DNA from: Podarcis vaucheri
Taxonomy: Eukaryota
NCBI GenBank assembly: GCA_965113315.1
Contig: OZ220369.1
DNA length: 64,000 nucleotides
Direction: 5' to 3' (one strand)
Part shown: one piece after another, positions 62,216 to 64,000 of the stretch
How positions within the stretch are numbered: position 1 is the stretch's first letter
Layout of the letters: the number at the start of each line of letters is the position of its first letter
The notes under the pieces: generated by a model
The model's input: only the letters and a program-made list of their open reading frames with translations
Databases searched by the model: none
Told to the model about the DNA's origin: nothing
Translations under genes and position numbers: made by a program

Positions 62216-63998
62216 CCACATGCAGGCGTGACCATGGTGCTCGGGCGGACTCCCAGGACTGGACTGGGGCCCTTGGGGGATCTGGGCGGGATTCTTGGCA
62301 GGCCTGGCAGTGTTTGACCCAGGCCTCTATCTCTCCATCGATCCCCGGCCACCACACATAACTCCTGGCAAGGGCCTTCATTCTTACTACCCCTGGATGT
62401 GTCTCATGTAGGGCTGTGAGGACCCTTTTGCGGAGGGGCTGGGGAACAACGACTCTGCTTCCCCATAACAGGCACCCCTTGTGCGCCGACAGTTCATGTT
62501 TGCGAGTTGTGTAGCCGGCGAATTCTGGCCCGGGGCTGCCGCTGGGCCATCCCCTCCACACCCAGTCCAGGACCCGGGAGATGACCCTATCTTTCTTGGA
62601 ATGGTGTGCAACTTCTTGTGCCTGAATGGGGCGGTCGGGAAGCAGCTCCAGGCTCATAACCTCTTGTGCAGGTGCTGGGTCAGGGCCTGTTTCCGGCAGT
62701 GGTAGCCTGCTGAGGGCGTCCGCATGGCCCATCGCCTTCCCAGGTCGGTGAATCAATGCATACTGGTAGCTGGCAAGGAAAATTGACCACCTGAGGACCC
62801 GAGGAGACAGCACTTGGGGGGTCTGCTTTTCGGGGGCAAACAAGCCAAGCAACGGCTTGTGGTCAGTCACCACGGTGAAGGGCCGCCCATACAAGAAATC
62901 ATGGAATTTTTTTACTCCCTTCACGATTGCCAGACCCTCCTTGTCAATTTGCGAGTAGTTCCGCTCGGTTGCGTTGAGTGTCTGGGAAAAGTACGCCACC
63001 GGTACCTCTCTTCCATCCGAGAGTTGGTGCCCCAGGACAGCGCCAATGCCATAGGGTGAGGCGTCGCATGCTAGCACCACCGGCAGCCTCTCGTCGAAGT
63101 GTGCCAAGACAGAGTTTGAGACAAGCAAGTCCTTGACTGCCTGGAATGCGGCCTCCTGGCGCTGGCCCCACACCCAAGGGGCCCGCTTGTCCAGGAGTCT
63201 GTGTAGGGGCTCCGCTACCGCCGCCTTGTGGGGAAGGAAGGAATGGTAAAAGTTCAATAGTCCCAAGAAGGCCTGAAGTTCAGTCTTGCTCTTGGGCGCT
63301 GGGGCATCACAAATGGCCCGTACCTTGTCCCCAGTCGGGTGGACCCCTTCTGCGTCCACCATAAATCCCAGAAAGTCCACCTGAGGCACTCCTAGTAGAC
63401 ATTTTTCCCGCTTCACCTTGAGACCCGCCGTCTGGAAACGGTGCAGAACGGTGCGGAGGCGGTCCTCAAACTCCTCTGGTGTGGGCCCGGCAATCAACAC
63501 ATCATCGAAGAAGGGGGTGACACCAGGAATCCCTTTGAGGAGAGAGTCCATTAAATTCTGGAATATGCCTGGTGCCACGCTGACCCCGAATTGCAGCCGC
63601 TTTACCCTGAACGCTCCTCTGTGTGTCACAATCGTCTGTGCCTCTGCTGTGGCCTCATCTACTGGCAGCTGTTGATATGCTTGGGCCAAGTCCAGCTTGC
63701 CAAAAATTTTCGACCCAGCCAGGGTGGCAAGGACATGGCTGACCACTGGCACTGGGTATGCGTGGGCCGTGAGGGCCTTGTTTATGGTACATTTGTAGTC
63801 TGCGCAGATGCGGACCGAACCATTAGGCTTGACGGGTGTGACGATTGGAGTTTCCCAGGGGGCATTAGGCACCGGCTCCAGCACTCCTTGCTCCACGAGT
63901 CGGTCCAATTCCTCATCTATACGGGGTTTCAAGGCGAACGGGACCCGGCGGGCCTTGAGCCTGACCGGTCGTACTGCGGGGTCAAGCTGTAGCGCAAT
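62202..63998 (-). CDS. pol: Ty3/Gypsy retrotransposon pol (RT, RNase H, integrase HHCC), truncated at the start of the integrase core and open beyond the window end
   Basis: RT: RICADYK, KLDLAQAYQQ, RLQFGVSVAPGIFQ, PFFDDVLI, FLGLLNFY. RNase H: LACDASPYGIGAVL, YSQIDKEGLAIV, TDHKPL, ADALSRLP. Integrase: LHETHPG...CQAC, PWSRLHVD. The order RT-RH-IN indicates Gypsy. The frame stays open upstream of 63932 (IALQLDPAVRPVRLKARRVPFALKP). Confidence 0.96.
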   Translation of the reverse strand: MALQLDPAVRPVRLKARRVPFALKPRIDEELDRLVEQGVLEPVPNAPWETPIVTPVKPNGSVRICADYKCTINKALTAHAYPVPVVSHVLATLAGSKIFGKLDLAQAYQQLPVDEATAEAQTIVTHRGAFRVKRLQFGVSVAPGIFQNLMDSLLKGIPGVTPFFDDVLIAGPTPEEFEDRLRTVLHRFQTAGLKVKREKCLLGVPQVDFLGFMVDAEGVHPTGDKVRAICDAPAPKSKTELQAFLGLLNFYHSFLPHKAAVAEPLHRLLDKRAPWVWGQRQEAAFQAVKDLLVSNSVLAHFDERLPVVLACDASPYGIGAVLGHQLSDGREVPVAYFSQTLNATERNYSQIDKEGLAIVKGVKKFHDFLYGRPFTVVTDHKPLLGLFAPEKQTPQVLSPRVLRWSIFLASYQYALIHRPGKAMGHADALSRLPLPETGPDPAPAQEVMSLELLPDRPIQAQEVAHHSKKDRVISRVLDWVWRGWPSGSPGPEFAGYTTRKHELSAHKGCLLWGSRVVVPQPLRKRVLTALHETHPGVVRMKALARSYVWWPGIDGEIEAWVKHCQACQESRPDPPRAPVQSWESARAPWSRLHVDVLS

Positions 63999-64000
63999 GG

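Noticed and set aside
62202-63998. Domesticated Gypsy-derived host gene
   Set aside because: The adjoining LTR and undecayed CpGs indicate a young TE. There is no evidence of selection from a single sequence.

Overview
Vertebrate non-coding genomic DNA from a squamate reptile, probably a lacertid lizard (inferred from three Sauria SINEs, Bov-B, squamate-type CR1/L2 tails and lizard-type MITEs). I recognise no host protein-coding exon, so the window reads as a large intron or gene desert. It is a mosaic of transposable elements and TE-poor islands that may be regulatory. The only real coding sequences are TE-derived: a Ty3/Gypsy pol (RT-RNase H-integrase zinc finger, minus strand, running off the window end), an L1 ORF2 C-terminus, Bov-B C-termini and decayed CR1/L2 ORF2 pieces. 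Many insertions keep readable target-site duplications (TSDs) and are nested. The most interesting structures are: (i) an 836-bp hAT MITE whose interior looks like a captured CpG-island promoter plus first exon; (ii) a composite MITE with 6-bp TSDs that carries an L2 3' tail and a duplicated right end, present twice; (iii) a Gypsy element whose open pol is fused directly to its LTR, lacking the integrase core and polypurine tract; (iv) a 49-bp inverted duplication and a 71-bp dispersed direct duplication that standard TE anatomy does not explain. There is a 166-N assembly gap at 5310-5475. I cannot support a claim of a new multi-gene system. Family names come from recognising sequence by eye, not from a database search.
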